From assembly GCA_964596345.1 (NCBI GenBank), contig CAZQSZ010000001.1, positions 752,696 to 816,695 on the forward strand: a DNA stretch of 64,000 nucleotides, written 5' to 3'. The translations under genes and the position numbers were made by a program. Positions 46,328-55,102 of this stretch are shown here, piece after piece. Under the pieces are notes generated by a model. That model searched no databases and was not told the DNA's origin. It saw nothing but the letters and a program-made list of their open reading frames with translations. This stretch comes from an uncultured Chitinophaga sp. (GTDB taxonomy: Bacteria > Bacteroidota > Bacteroidia > Chitinophagales > Chitinophagaceae). Each line of letters opens with the position of its first letter. Positions within the stretch are counted from its first letter, which is position 1.

Positions 46328-46341
46328 TCTGTGGCTGTGCA

Positions 46342-46365
46342 AATTTGAGAATGTGAAAATGAAAC
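46342..46365 (+). repeat. Three phased octads of the AATTTGA word family
   Basis: AATTTGAG AATGTGAA AATGAAAC. Inverted relatives ATCAAACT TTCAAATT lie at 46417-46432. Confidence 0.3.
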
Positions 46366-46438
46366 TTAAGGAGGAGTTGGGTTGTTATAAAGATTAAATT
46401 TTCTGTTTGCACGATTATCAAACTTTCAAATTGTAATT

Positions 46439-47023
46439 ATGTCCCGTCCCGTATCATATAATCTTATCAAAAAGCCCCTGGAAGCAGATATCAGCATTGT
46501 TGATATGCCCGATGGCAGCATGGGCGAAGGTTTTTTTGCAACCTCACTGGATAAAGTGATTGGCCTGGCCCGCAAGAACTCCATTTGGCCTTTACCGTTT
46601 GCCACTTCCTGTTGTGGTATCGAATTCATGGCTACCATGGGCTCACATTATGACCTGGCCCGTTTTGGCTCTGAAAGGGTGGGATTTTCTCCCCGGCAGT
46701 GTGATTTACTTATGGTAATGGGAACCATTGCTAAAAAAATGGGTCCGGTGGTGAAACAGGTGTATTTACAAATGGCCGAACCCAGGTGGGTAATGGCGGT
46801 AGGTGCCTGCGCCAGCAGTGGAGGTATATTTGATACATACAGTGTACTGCAGGGAATTGACCAGGTGATACCGGTGGATGTATATGTACCGGGTTGTCCG
46901 CCAAGACCGGAAGCAATCATAGATGGCGTTCTCAGAATACAGGACCTGGTGGGAAAAGAAAGCCTTAGAAGAAGAAATGGTGAGCAATACAAAGGATTAT
47001 TAGAAAGTTACGGTATACAATAG
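46439..47023 (+). CDS. nuoB: NADH-quinone oxidoreductase subunit B
   Basis: Contains CCGIEFMA and GCPPRPE, the N2 cluster motifs. Confidence 0.95.
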   Translation: MSRPVSYNLIKKPLEADISIVDMPDGSMGEGFFATSLDKVIGLARKNSIWPLPFATSCCGIEFMATMGSHYDLARFGSERVGFSPRQCDLLMVMGTIAKKMGPVVKQVYLQMAEPRWVMAVGACASSGGIFDTYSVLQGIDQVIPVDVYVPGCPPRPEAIIDGVLRIQDLVGKESLRRRNGEQYKGLLESYGIQ

Positions 47024-47034
47024 GCAGCGCTGCC

Positions 47035-47062
47035 AATTTGATAATTTGACAATGGAGTAATG
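47035..47062 (+). repeat. Phased octads running into the nuoC start codon
   Basis: AATTTGAT AATTTGAC AATGGAGT AATG, where the last ATG is the nuoC start. Confidence 0.3.
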
Positions 47063-47578
47063 GCAATAACGAACGACATAATCAAACAACGGCTGGTTGA
47101 GAAATTTGGCGAACAGGTGACCGGTTTTGAAGAACCTTACGGCATGCTCAGCTTTGAAGCGCCGAAGGAGCTGAACCTGAAAGTACTCAACTTCCTGTAC
47201 GATGATGAGGAACTAAAGTTCCGTTTTATGACAGACCTTACGGGTGTACATTACCCGGACCAGGCGGGCAGGGAACTGGCGGTTGTTTACCATCTCCATA
47301 ACCTGGTGGATAATATCCGCATCCGTTTCAAAGTATTTACTGATATCAATAAGCCTGATATATATACTGCATCCGGACTGTTTTCAGCAGCCAACTGGAT
47401 GGAGAGAGAAACCTATGATTTTTTTGGGGTGAACTTTGTCGGTCATCCCAACCTGAAGCGGATACTGAACGTGGAGGAAATGGATTATTTCCCGCTGCGT
47501 AAAGAGTTTCCGTTGGAAGACCAGACGAGGATTGATAAGGATGATGAGATGTTTGGAAGGGGAGGAACAATTAATTAA
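47060..47578 (+). CDS. nuoC: NADH-quinone oxidoreductase subunit C
   Basis: 172 aa. Contains ANWMERETYDFFGVNFVGHP. Confidence 0.92.
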   Translation: MAITNDIIKQRLVEKFGEQVTGFEEPYGMLSFEAPKELNLKVLNFLYDDEELKFRFMTDLTGVHYPDQAGRELAVVYHLHNLVDNIRIRFKVFTDINKPDIYTASGLFSAANWMERETYDFFGVNFVGHPNLKRILNVEEMDYFPLRKEFPLEDQTRIDKDDEMFGRGGTIN

Positions 47579-47657
47579 TGCGGTAATTAGAGAATCTGGG
47601 AATCAATAGCATTTTTAATTCCCGGGTTGTCCAATTCAAGAATTTTCAAATCGAATC

Positions 47658-48881
47658 ATGTCAGAACATCATATCAAATTACCGGAAGGAAGTATAGAGA
47701 AAACCACTACCACGCTGAACCTGGGTCCCACCCACCCGGCCACGCATGGGGTGATGCAGAATATACTGGAACTCGATGGTGAACGGATCGTTTCCACCGA
47801 GCAGACCATTGGATATATTCATCGTGCTTTTGAGAAATTGGCCGAACGCCGTCCGCTGGCACAGATCACCACCCTGACCGACCGGTTGAATTATTGCTCC
47901 TCACCCCTCAATAATATGGGCTGGCACCTGACCTGTGAAAAATTACTGGGTGTGAAAACCCCAAAACGGGTTGACTATCTCCGCATCATCATCATGGAAT
48001 TGGCAAGAATTTCAGATCACCTGATCTGTAATTCGATTGTTGGGGTGGATGCCGGTGCATATACCGGGTTCCTCTATGTGATGCAGTATCGTGAACTGAT
48101 CTATGAGATATATGAGGAAGTTTGTGGTGCCCGTTTAACAACCAATATAGGCCGGATAGGCGGCTTTGAAAGAAATTTCAATGATATCGCTTTTCAGAAA
48201 TTAGAAAAATTCCTTGCAGAATATCCTCGGGTTTTGAAAGAATTTGAGAACCTGTTCCAGCGTAACCGGATCTTTATGGAAAGAACACAGGGTACCGGTG
48301 CCATCAGTGCTGAACGGGCATTGAATTATGGCTTTACAGGTCCTAACCTCAGGGCAGCCGGCGTTGATTATGATGTAAGGGTGCATTCTCCTTACAGCAG
48401 TTACGAAGATTTTCAATTTAATATACCGGTCGGTACCACCGGTGATAACTATGACCGCTGGCTGGTTCGTGAAAAAGAAATGTGGGAGAGTCTCAGCATC
48501 ATTGAACAGGCTTACCAGAAAGTGCAGGAATTCAAAGGAGCTGAAGCTGATGTCTACCATGCCGATGTGCCCGAGTATTATTTGCCCCCCAAAGCTGATG
48601 TGTATACCAAGATGGAAGCACTAATCTACCATTTCAAGATCATCATGGGAGAAACCAATATTCCTGCAGGGGAAGTGTATAATTCCATTGAGGCTGGTAA
48701 CGGGGAATTGGGTTTTTACCTGATCAGTGACGGCGGACGAACACCGTACCGGTTGCATTTCCGCAGGCCTTGTTTTGTGTATTACCAGGCATACGAAGAA
48801 CTGATCAAAGGATCCATGCTGAGTGATGCGATCATGACCATGAGTAGTTTGAACCTGATAGCAGGAGAATTAGATGCCTAA
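47658..48881 (+). CDS. nuoD: NADH-quinone oxidoreductase subunit D
   Basis: 407 aa. Contains LNLGPTHPATHGV and C-terminal SLNLIAGELD. Confidence 0.95.
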   Translation: MSEHHIKLPEGSIEKTTTTLNLGPTHPATHGVMQNILELDGERIVSTEQTIGYIHRAFEKLAERRPLAQITTLTDRLNYCSSPLNNMGWHLTCEKLLGVKTPKRVDYLRIIIMELARISDHLICNSIVGVDAGAYTGFLYVMQYRELIYEIYEEVCGARLTTNIGRIGGFERNFNDIAFQKLEKFLAEYPRVLKEFENLFQRNRIFMERTQGTGAISAERALNYGFTGPNLRAAGVDYDVRVHSPYSSYEDFQFNIPVGTTGDNYDRWLVREKEMWESLSIIEQAYQKVQEFKGAEADVYHADVPEYYLPPKADVYTKMEALIYHFKIIMGETNIPAGEVYNSIEAGNGELGFYLISDGGRTPYRLHFRRPCFVYYQAYEELIKGSMLSDAIMTMSSLNLIAGELDA

Positions 48882-48893
48882 ACAAATTTGATA

Positions 48894-49391
48894 ATGAAAT
48901 TTTCAGACGATAAATTAAAAGAGGTACAGCAGATCATTGAACGCTACCCGAAGGGAAAGCAGAAGAGTGCTGTTATTCCTGTGCTGCACCTGGCCCAGGA
49001 AGAATTTGGTGGCTGGCTGAGTGCAGAAACAATGGACTATGTGGCTTCTTTGCTGAGTATTGAACCCATTGAAGTGTATGAAGTGGCGACTTTCTACAGC
49101 ATGTACAACCTGAAGCCGGTGGGTAAATATATGTTTGAAGTATGCCAGACCGGTCCCTGTATGCTGAATGGCAGTGACAATATCGTGAAATATATCTATG
49201 ATAAACTGGGCATTAAACCCGGGGAAACAACGGCTGACGGATTGTTTACATTAAAAACGGTAGAGTGCCTGGGCGCCTGCGGTTATGCACCGATGATGCA
49301 GCTGGGAAAACACTACCGGGAGCATCTGACCAAAGAAAAAATTGATGCGATCGTGGACGAGTGCAGGAAAAATGCGGCCAGCAGTAATTAA
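48894..49391 (+). CDS. nuoE: NADH-quinone oxidoreductase subunit E
   Basis: Trimmed from the TTG at 48888 to the ATG at 48894. 2Fe-2S Cys residues in CQTGPC...CLGACGYAP. Confidence 0.92.
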   Translation: MKFSDDKLKEVQQIIERYPKGKQKSAVIPVLHLAQEEFGGWLSAETMDYVASLLSIEPIEVYEVATFYSMYNLKPVGKYMFEVCQTGPCMLNGSDNIVKYIYDKLGIKPGETTADGLFTLKTVECLGACGYAPMMQLGKHYREHLTKEKIDAIVDECRKNAASSN

Positions 49392-49394
49392 GCA

Positions 49395-49814
49395 ATGAGA
49401 GGAATAGTAACGATAGTATTGTTCTTTACAAGCCTGGTGGTGGTCGCACAAACAGCAGACGAGAAGCTGGTGACAACGATAAAAGAATTTCACCAGGCTC
49501 TGGTGAAGAAGAATACGGTTTCAATCATCCAGCAAACAGATAACGCAGTGAGCTATGGACATAGCAACGGCTGGGTGGAAACCAAAGCAGAGATGATCAA
49601 TAACCTGGAAACAGGCTATTTGACCTACAGGAGTTTTAAAGAAGACAGCCTGCAGGTAATAATAAACGGGAATGTGGCGCATGCAAGGTTTATAGCGGAT
49701 ATTGAAGCCACATTAAACCAGAAGGATAGCCAGTTTCACCTGAAAGTGCTGGAAGTATGGGTGAAGAAAGGAAAACGTTGGTTATTGTTTGCGAGACAAG
49801 CGGTGAAAGGATAA
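49395..49814 (+). CDS. Secreted NTF2-like / DUF4440-like small protein embedded in the nuo operon
   Basis: 139 aa with a signal peptide (MRGIVTIVLFFTSLVVVAQT). The pattern ...YGHSNGWVETK...GNVAHARF...VLEVWVKKGKRWLLFARQAV is typical of the SnoaL/DUF4440 cone fold. Starts 3 nt after the nuoE stop. Confidence 0.6.
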   Translation: MRGIVTIVLFFTSLVVVAQTADEKLVTTIKEFHQALVKKNTVSIIQQTDNAVSYGHSNGWVETKAEMINNLETGYLTYRSFKEDSLQVIINGNVAHARFIADIEATLNQKDSQFHLKVLEVWVKKGKRWLLFARQAVKG

Positions 49815-49865
49815 TTGATTTAAAAAACAGGAAGGTGTTGGCTTTGGCCTCACTTGACAAGTAAT

Positions 49866-51224
49866 ATGGGAAGAAAATTATTATTAGACAAAGCTCACGT
49901 TGAAAACATCAGGCTCTATGATGTGTATCGCCGTGAAGGTGGCTACCGCAGCGTGGAGAAGGCCCTGAAAACAATGGTTCCTGATGCGGTAACGGAAGAA
50001 GTCAAGAAAAGCGGCCTCCGTGGCCGTGGTGGTGCTGGTTTTCCAACCGGTATGAAATGGAGTTTCCTGGCTAAACCGGAAGGAGTGCCCCGCTACCTGG
50101 TTGTGAATGCGGATGAATCGGAACCTGGAACCTTCAAAGACCGTTACCTGATGGAATTCATCCCGCATTTATTAATAGAAGGAATGATCGTTTCCTCTTT
50201 TGCTTTGGGTTCCAATACTTCTTATATCTATATCCGTGGTGAATATGCCTGGATCGTTGGCATCCTTGAACAAGCCATACAGGAAGCAAAAAATAATGGC
50301 TGGTTGGGTAAAAATATTTTAGGAACCGGTTTCGATCTTGAAATATATGTGCAGCGGGGTGCCGGTGCTTATATCTGTGGTGAAGAAACGGCCTTGCTGG
50401 AATCATTAGAAGGAAAAAGAGGTAACCCGAGAATAAAACCTCCCTTCCCGGCGGTAAAAGGATTATATGATTGCCCGACCGTGGTGAACAATGTGGAAAC
50501 GATAGCTGCTGTTGTGCCCATCATTAATGAAGGTGGTGAAGAGTATGCAAAAATCGGGGTGGGTAAATCAACCGGCACCAAACTGATCTCTGCCTGTGGT
50601 AATATTAAGAAGCAGGGGGTATATGAAATTGATATGACGATTTCTGTAGAAGAATTTATCTACAGCGATGAATATTGTGGTGGTATTGCGAATGGAAGAA
50701 AGTTGAAAGCCTGCATTCCCGGTGGATCATCCGTTCCTATTTTACCGGCAAATCTTTTATTAAAGACTGCTAAAGGTGAAACAAGGATGATGAACTATGA
50801 AAGTTTATCCGATGGTGGTTTTGCAACCGGTTCGATGATGGGATCCGGTGGTTTTATCGTAATGGATGAAGACCAGTGCGTGGTGAAGCATACATATACA
50901 TTGGCAAGATTCTATCGCCATGAAAGTTGTGGCCAGTGTTCGCCCTGCCGCGAGGGAACCGGCTGGATGGAAAAGATATTATTGAACATAGAAAATGGCA
51001 AAGGTAAACTGAGTGATATTGATCTGCTCTGGGATATTCAGCGGAAAATAGAAGGCAACACGATCTGCCCCTTGGGAGACGCAGCCGCATGGCCGGTAGC
51101 GGCAGCCATCCGTCATTTCCGGGATGAGTTTGAATGGCATGTGAATAACCCGGCAGAATGCCAGCGCAGGAATTATGGATTGATGCATTATGCAGATCCC
51201 ATCCATGTGCCGGTAAGTGCTTAA
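49866..51224 (+). CDS. nuoF: NADH-quinone oxidoreductase subunit F
   Basis: Trimmed from the TTG at 49854 to the ATG at 49866. Contains GRGGAGFPTG, GAGAYICGEETALLESLEG and ESCGQCSPCREG. Confidence 0.95.
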   Translation: MGRKLLLDKAHVENIRLYDVYRREGGYRSVEKALKTMVPDAVTEEVKKSGLRGRGGAGFPTGMKWSFLAKPEGVPRYLVVNADESEPGTFKDRYLMEFIPHLLIEGMIVSSFALGSNTSYIYIRGEYAWIVGILEQAIQEAKNNGWLGKNILGTGFDLEIYVQRGAGAYICGEETALLESLEGKRGNPRIKPPFPAVKGLYDCPTVVNNVETIAAVVPIINEGGEEYAKIGVGKSTGTKLISACGNIKKQGVYEIDMTISVEEFIYSDEYCGGIANGRKLKACIPGGSSVPILPANLLLKTAKGETRMMNYESLSDGGFATGSMMGSGGFIVMDEDQCVVKHTYTLARFYRHESCGQCSPCREGTGWMEKILLNIENGKGKLSDIDLLWDIQRKIEGNTICPLGDAAAWPVAAAIRHFRDEFEWHVNNPAECQRRNYGLMHYADPIHVPVSA

Positions 51225-51250
51225 TAAAAGATTGAACGTACAAGCAATAT

Positions 51251-52336
51251 ATGAGCGAAGAGAAAAAATTATTTAAAGTAACCATCGACAACATCACGGT
51301 GGAAGTGGAGCCGGGAACAAGTATCCTGCAGGCGGCCCGTAAGATTGGTGGCGATGTGGCACCCCCTGCGATGTGTTATTATACCAAGCTGAAAGGCAGT
51401 GGAGGTAAATGCCGTACCTGCCTGGTGGAAGTAGCGGCTGGTTCAACTGCTGATCCCAGGCCGATGCCGAAGCTGGTAGCCTCCTGCCGTACCAACGTCA
51501 TGGATGGCATGATCGTGAAAAACATTACCAGTTCCCGGGTGGTGGATGCAAGAAACGGTGTGGTGGAATTCTTATTACTCAATCATCCATTGGATTGCCC
51601 GGTTTGTGACCAGGCCGGCGAATGTCATTTGCAGGATCTTGGCTACGATCATGGAAAAGAAGGCACCCGTTATGAATTCAGCCGCCGTACATTTAAAAAA
51701 CATGATCTGGGCCCATATATACAATTACACATGACGAGATGCATTCTCTGTTATCGTTGTGTGTTCACCGCTGACCAGGTAACGAATAAACGAGTACATG
51801 GTGTGCTGGACCGGGGTGATCATGCGGAAATAGCCACCTATATTGAAAAGAGTTTGGATAATGACTTTATCGGTAATGTGATTGATGTTTGCCCGGTGGG
51901 AGCTCTGACTGATAAAACATTCCGGTTTAAGAACCGGGTGTGGTTTACCAAACCCGTAGATGCGCATTGCAGTTGTGATAAATGTTCAGGCAAAGTGCAG
52001 TTGTGGATGAGAGGGGATGAAGTGCTGCGGGTGACAGCCAGGAAAGATGAATGGGGTGAAGTGCACGATTGGATCTGCAATACCTGCCGGTTTGAAAGAA
52101 AGAAAGTAAGTGACTGGACAATAGAAGGGCCAACCAAAGTGAATCGTCATTCTGTTATTTCACAGGGCCATTATGTGGGACTGAAGAAACCGGATGAAAC
52201 ACTGCCGGAAGTAATGGGTGGCAGGCAACCCAAATTATTAATGGATATTCACAGCGTCAGCGACGTGAATTCGGTAGAGCTGAGTGCATTGCCCGGTCCG
52301 GCAACAAGTAAGACATTTGAAAAGAAAGAACCATAA
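51251..52336 (+). CDS. nuoG: NADH-quinone oxidoreductase subunit G (short form without the large molybdopterin-like domain)
   Basis: 361 aa. Contains 2Fe-2S (CYY..C..C), HPLDCPVCDQAGEC and CILCYRCV...CPVGAL. Confidence 0.9.
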   Translation: MSEEKKLFKVTIDNITVEVEPGTSILQAARKIGGDVAPPAMCYYTKLKGSGGKCRTCLVEVAAGSTADPRPMPKLVASCRTNVMDGMIVKNITSSRVVDARNGVVEFLLLNHPLDCPVCDQAGECHLQDLGYDHGKEGTRYEFSRRTFKKHDLGPYIQLHMTRCILCYRCVFTADQVTNKRVHGVLDRGDHAEIATYIEKSLDNDFIGNVIDVCPVGALTDKTFRFKNRVWFTKPVDAHCSCDKCSGKVQLWMRGDEVLRVTARKDEWGEVHDWICNTCRFERKKVSDWTIEGPTKVNRHSVISQGHYVGLKKPDETLPEVMGGRQPKLLMDIHSVSDVNSVELSALPGPATSKTFEKKEP

Positions 52337-52345
52337 TAACTGAAC

Positions 52346-53398
52346 ATGTATTTATTAGCAATTGACTGGTGGCTGATCCTGGAAAAAGTGATACTGATAG
52401 CCTGTATCGTTGGGTTATCCTTTTTTATTGCTATGTACACCACCTATGCAGAAAGAAAGGTGGCGGCCTGGTTACAGGATCGTATTGGTCCGAACAGGGC
52501 GGGTCCTTTTGGTATCTTTCAACCCCTGGCTGATGGGGGTAAATTATTCTTCAAAGAAGAGATCATACCACTGGCTTCCAATAAATTTCTTTTCATATTA
52601 GGCCCGGGACTGGCCATGATCACAGCACTGCTGACAAGTTCAGTAATTCCCTGGGCGGCTCCGTTTGTAAAAGGAGATGGAGGTGTCATTCCCATGCAGG
52701 TGGCTGATGTCGATATGGGCATCTTGCTGGTGTTTAGTATTGTAAGTGTGGGTGTATATGGGATCATGATCGGCGGCTGGGCATCGAATAATAAATTCTC
52801 GCTGATGGCGGCTATCCGCGGCGCATCACAAATGGTATCGTATGAGTTGCCGATGGGCCTGGCCCTGATCGCTGTGTTATTTATGACAGGATCATTAAAG
52901 ATGAGTGAGATCGTGGCCAACCAGGTGCAGCATGGCTGGCATATCATTTACCAGCCGCTTGGATTTATTATCTTCTTTGTTTGTGCCCTGGCTGAATGTA
53001 ACCGTACACCATTTGATCTTCCGGAAGCAGAAAACGAATTGAACTTTGGATATCACCAGGAGTATTCATCGATGAAACTGGGTTTCTACCTTTTTGCTGA
53101 ATACATCAATATGTTCGTCAGCAGTGCAGTGATGACGACCCTGTATTTCGGAGGTTATGATATACCATTTGTAAATGAAGCCTCCTGGGGATTAGCCCCG
53201 TGGCTGATGACGCTGATCAGTTTCAGTGTGTTTATGGCCAAGGTGGCGTTCTTCCTGTTTGTATTCTTGTGGATACGCTGGACGATACCCCGTTTCCGGT
53301 ATGACCAGCTGATGAACCTGGGCTGGAAGAAACTGATACCGCTGGCACTGGTGAATATGATCATTACCGCAGCTGTATTGCTGTGGCTGAAGAAATAA
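52346..53398 (+). CDS. nuoH: NADH-quinone oxidoreductase subunit H
   Basis: 350 aa. Contains YAERKVAAWLQDRIGPNR and ECNRTPFDLPEAENEL. Confidence 0.95.
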   Translation: MYLLAIDWWLILEKVILIACIVGLSFFIAMYTTYAERKVAAWLQDRIGPNRAGPFGIFQPLADGGKLFFKEEIIPLASNKFLFILGPGLAMITALLTSSVIPWAAPFVKGDGGVIPMQVADVDMGILLVFSIVSVGVYGIMIGGWASNNKFSLMAAIRGASQMVSYELPMGLALIAVLFMTGSLKMSEIVANQVQHGWHIIYQPLGFIIFFVCALAECNRTPFDLPEAENELNFGYHQEYSSMKLGFYLFAEYINMFVSSAVMTTLYFGGYDIPFVNEASWGLAPWLMTLISFSVFMAKVAFFLFVFLWIRWTIPRFRYDQLMNLGWKKLIPLALVNMIITAAVLLWLKK

Positions 53399-53410
53399 GT
53401 GCTGAGTTAA

Positions 53411-53439
53411 GAACAGAACGATGAAGGGTGCGACGCAAC
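53411..53439 (+). repeat. Copy B of the repeated intercistronic element
   Basis: GAACAGA-ACGATGAAGGGTGCGACGCAAC. See copy A at 17724-17760. Confidence 0.7.
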
Positions 53440-53454
53440 CTGCCTACCGGCAGG
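53439..53454 (+). other. GC-rich hairpin in the nuoH-nuoI gap
   Basis: CCTGCC-tacc-GGCAGG, a perfect 6-bp stem immediately after repeat copy B. Confidence 0.35.
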
Positions 53455-53479
53455 CAGGCGATGATGATAAGAATTACTG

Positions 53480-53507
53480 TTGCCGGGCACATAAACATAT
53501 ATATTTG
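53480..53507 (+). promoter_or_regulatory. Candidate internal sigma-A promoter ahead of nuoI
   Basis: TTG (53480-53482), N17, TATATTTG (53500-53507), 28 nt upstream of the nuoI ATG. Confidence 0.4.
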
Positions 53508-53534
53508 CGAAAATTTTAAAAGCTGAAAAGCTTT

Positions 53535-54086
53535 ATGCAGTTAACACAAAGAGCAAAACCTGTAGATCGTAAGCCGATGACCTTCCTGGAGAGTATCTAT
53601 CTCTGGAATATCCTGAAGGGTATGGGTATTACGATCAGTCACCTTTTTAAAAGAAAGGCGACGATACAATATCCTGAACAGAAAAGAACTTTTTCGCAGG
53701 TGTTCAGGGGCTTGCATGTGCTGAACCGGGATGAGCAGGGTCGTGAACGCTGTACCGCCTGCGGTTTATGTGCAGTCGCCTGCCCGGCAGAAGCCATTAC
53801 CATGGAAGCGGCTGAGCGGTTGCCGGAAGAAGAGCATTTGTACCGGGAAGAGAAATATGCAGCGAAATACGAGATCAATATGCTGCGCTGCATTTTCTGT
53901 GGTTTGTGCGAAGAAGCTTGCCCGAAGGATGCGATCTATTTGTCACAAACTTTTGCACCGGCCAACTACGGAAGAAAAGGATTTATTTATAAAAAAAATG
54001 AATTGCTGATACCCAACCCCGTAACACAGCCGGAGGAGTATAAGAAGGCGTTGGGCGACAGGGCAGCAAAAGAACAAATGAATTAA
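53535..54086 (+). CDS. nuoI: NADH-quinone oxidoreductase subunit I
   Basis: Two ferredoxin motifs, CTACGLCAVACP and CIFCGLCEEACP. Confidence 0.95.
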   Translation: MQLTQRAKPVDRKPMTFLESIYLWNILKGMGITISHLFKRKATIQYPEQKRTFSQVFRGLHVLNRDEQGRERCTACGLCAVACPAEAITMEAAERLPEEEHLYREEKYAAKYEINMLRCIFCGLCEEACPKDAIYLSQTFAPANYGRKGFIYKKNELLIPNPVTQPEEYKKALGDRAAKEQMN

Positions 54087-54120
54087 TTAATACAGGCAAT
54101 AGTACCAACTGCATTTTAGA

Positions 54121-54621
54121 ATGAACATTACGCAAATATTATTCTGGTTCCTTTCGGTGGTAGCCTTGTTCAGTGCACTGATGCTGATCACCAGTAAAAA
54201 CCCGGTGTACAGTGTGCTGTGGCTGATTGTTACCTTCTTTGCTATTTCCGGTCATTATATTTTACTGAATGCACAGTTCCTGGCTATTGTGAATATCATT
54301 GTTTATGCCGGGGCCATCATGGTACTATTTCTTTTTGTGATCATGCTGATGAACCTGAATAAAGAAACGGAACCACAGAAGAATAAATGGCTGAAACTGG
54401 CAGGCGCCGTTTCAGGAGGTTGTTTATTACTGGTACTGGTGGCAGCGCTGAAAGATACAGAGGCTAAAGACAAGCTGGCGGAAGTGAGCACCGGTGATAT
54501 TGGATTAATTAAAAATCTCGGAAAGGAATTATTTACCAAATATGTGGTGCCGTTCGAGATCAGCAGTGTATTGTTCCTGAGTGCAATGGTGGGGGCCGTG
54601 GTGATTGGAAAAAAAGAATAA
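54121..54621 (+). CDS. nuoJ: NADH-quinone oxidoreductase subunit J
   Basis: 166 aa, hydrophobic. Position in the operon supports the call. Confidence 0.88.
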   Translation: MNITQILFWFLSVVALFSALMLITSKNPVYSVLWLIVTFFAISGHYILLNAQFLAIVNIIVYAGAIMVLFLFVIMLMNLNKETEPQKNKWLKLAGAVSGGCLLLVLVAALKDTEAKDKLAEVSTGDIGLIKNLGKELFTKYVVPFEISSVLFLSAMVGAVVIGKKE

Positions 54622-54624
54622 GAA

Positions 54625-54678
54625 AGCCGTTAGCTGTAAGCTATGAGCCACGAGCAGGCTCGCAGCTGATAGCTCAGG
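54625..54678. repeat. AGC-phased heptad array folding into an imperfect hairpin (nuoJ-nuoK spacer)
   Basis: AGCCGTT AGCTGTA AGCTATG AGCCACG AGCAGGC, then inverted GCTCGCA GCTGATA GCTCAGG. Arms 54640-54655 and 54658-54673 pair at 13 of 16 positions. Confidence 0.55.
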
Positions 54679-54696
54679 GTTCAAAGTTTAAAAGGT

Positions 54697-55062
54697 ATGC
54701 CGATAAATTATTACATATTTCTGTCGATCGCTTTATTTGCTATTGGTATAGTGGGTGTGCTGACACGTCGCAATGCGATCATCATTTTTATGTGCATTGA
54801 ATTAATGCTGAATGCAGTGAATTTGTTACTGGTGGCTTTTTCAAAATTTCATCATTTGAAGCACCTGGATTCGATTGCGAATGCAGCAAAAGATCCATCA
54901 TTGCCCATTTATCCTTATGTGGGTGGTGATGGACAGATTTTCGTATTCTTTATCATGGTGGTGGCAGCGGCAGAAGTAAGTGTGGGGCTGGCGATCATTG
55001 TAATGATGTACAGGAATATCCACTCCGTGGATGTGAATTTTTTGAACCGGTTAAAACATTAA
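54697..55062 (+). CDS. nuoK: NADH-quinone oxidoreductase subunit K with an enlarged TM2-TM3 loop
   Basis: 121 aa. Conserved Glu residues in [10 protein letters not shown] and [12 protein letters not shown]. There are ~20 extra residues ([27 protein letters not shown]) compared with the ~100-aa forms I recall. Confidence 0.9.
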   Translation: MPINYYIFLSIALFAIGIVGVLTRRNAIIIFMCIELMLNAVNLLLVAFSKFHHLKHLDSIANAAKDPSLPIYPYVGGDGQIFVFFIMVVAAAEVSVGLAIIVMMYRNIHSVDVNFLNRLKH

Positions 55063-55067
55063 AATAC

Positions 55068-55102
55068 AGCTACCAGCCATTGGCTGATAGCATATAGCTG
55101 AA
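55068..55102 (+). repeat. AGC-phased heptad array (nuoK-nuoL spacer)
   Basis: AGCTACC AGCCATT GGCTGAT AGCATAT AGCTGAA, ending 1 nt before the nuoL ATG. Confidence 0.55.

Noticed and set aside
45869-46342. 157-aa minus-strand ORF covering nuoA
   Set aside because: The plus-strand frame is a typical three-TM NuoA in operon context. The antisense product has no features.
46359-46397. 12-codon mini-ORF (MKLKEELGCYKD) and SD-like TAAGGAGGAG in the nuoA-nuoB spacer
   Set aside because: It is too short and unsupported. The SD-like string lies inside it rather than upstream of a start. It is kept only as a remark under the octad finding.
47052-47062. Two-codon upstream ORF ATG-GAG-TAA overlapping the nuoC ATG (ATGGAGTAATG)
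   Set aside because: It could be fortuitous in a repeat-derived leader. There is no way to support function from sequence alone.
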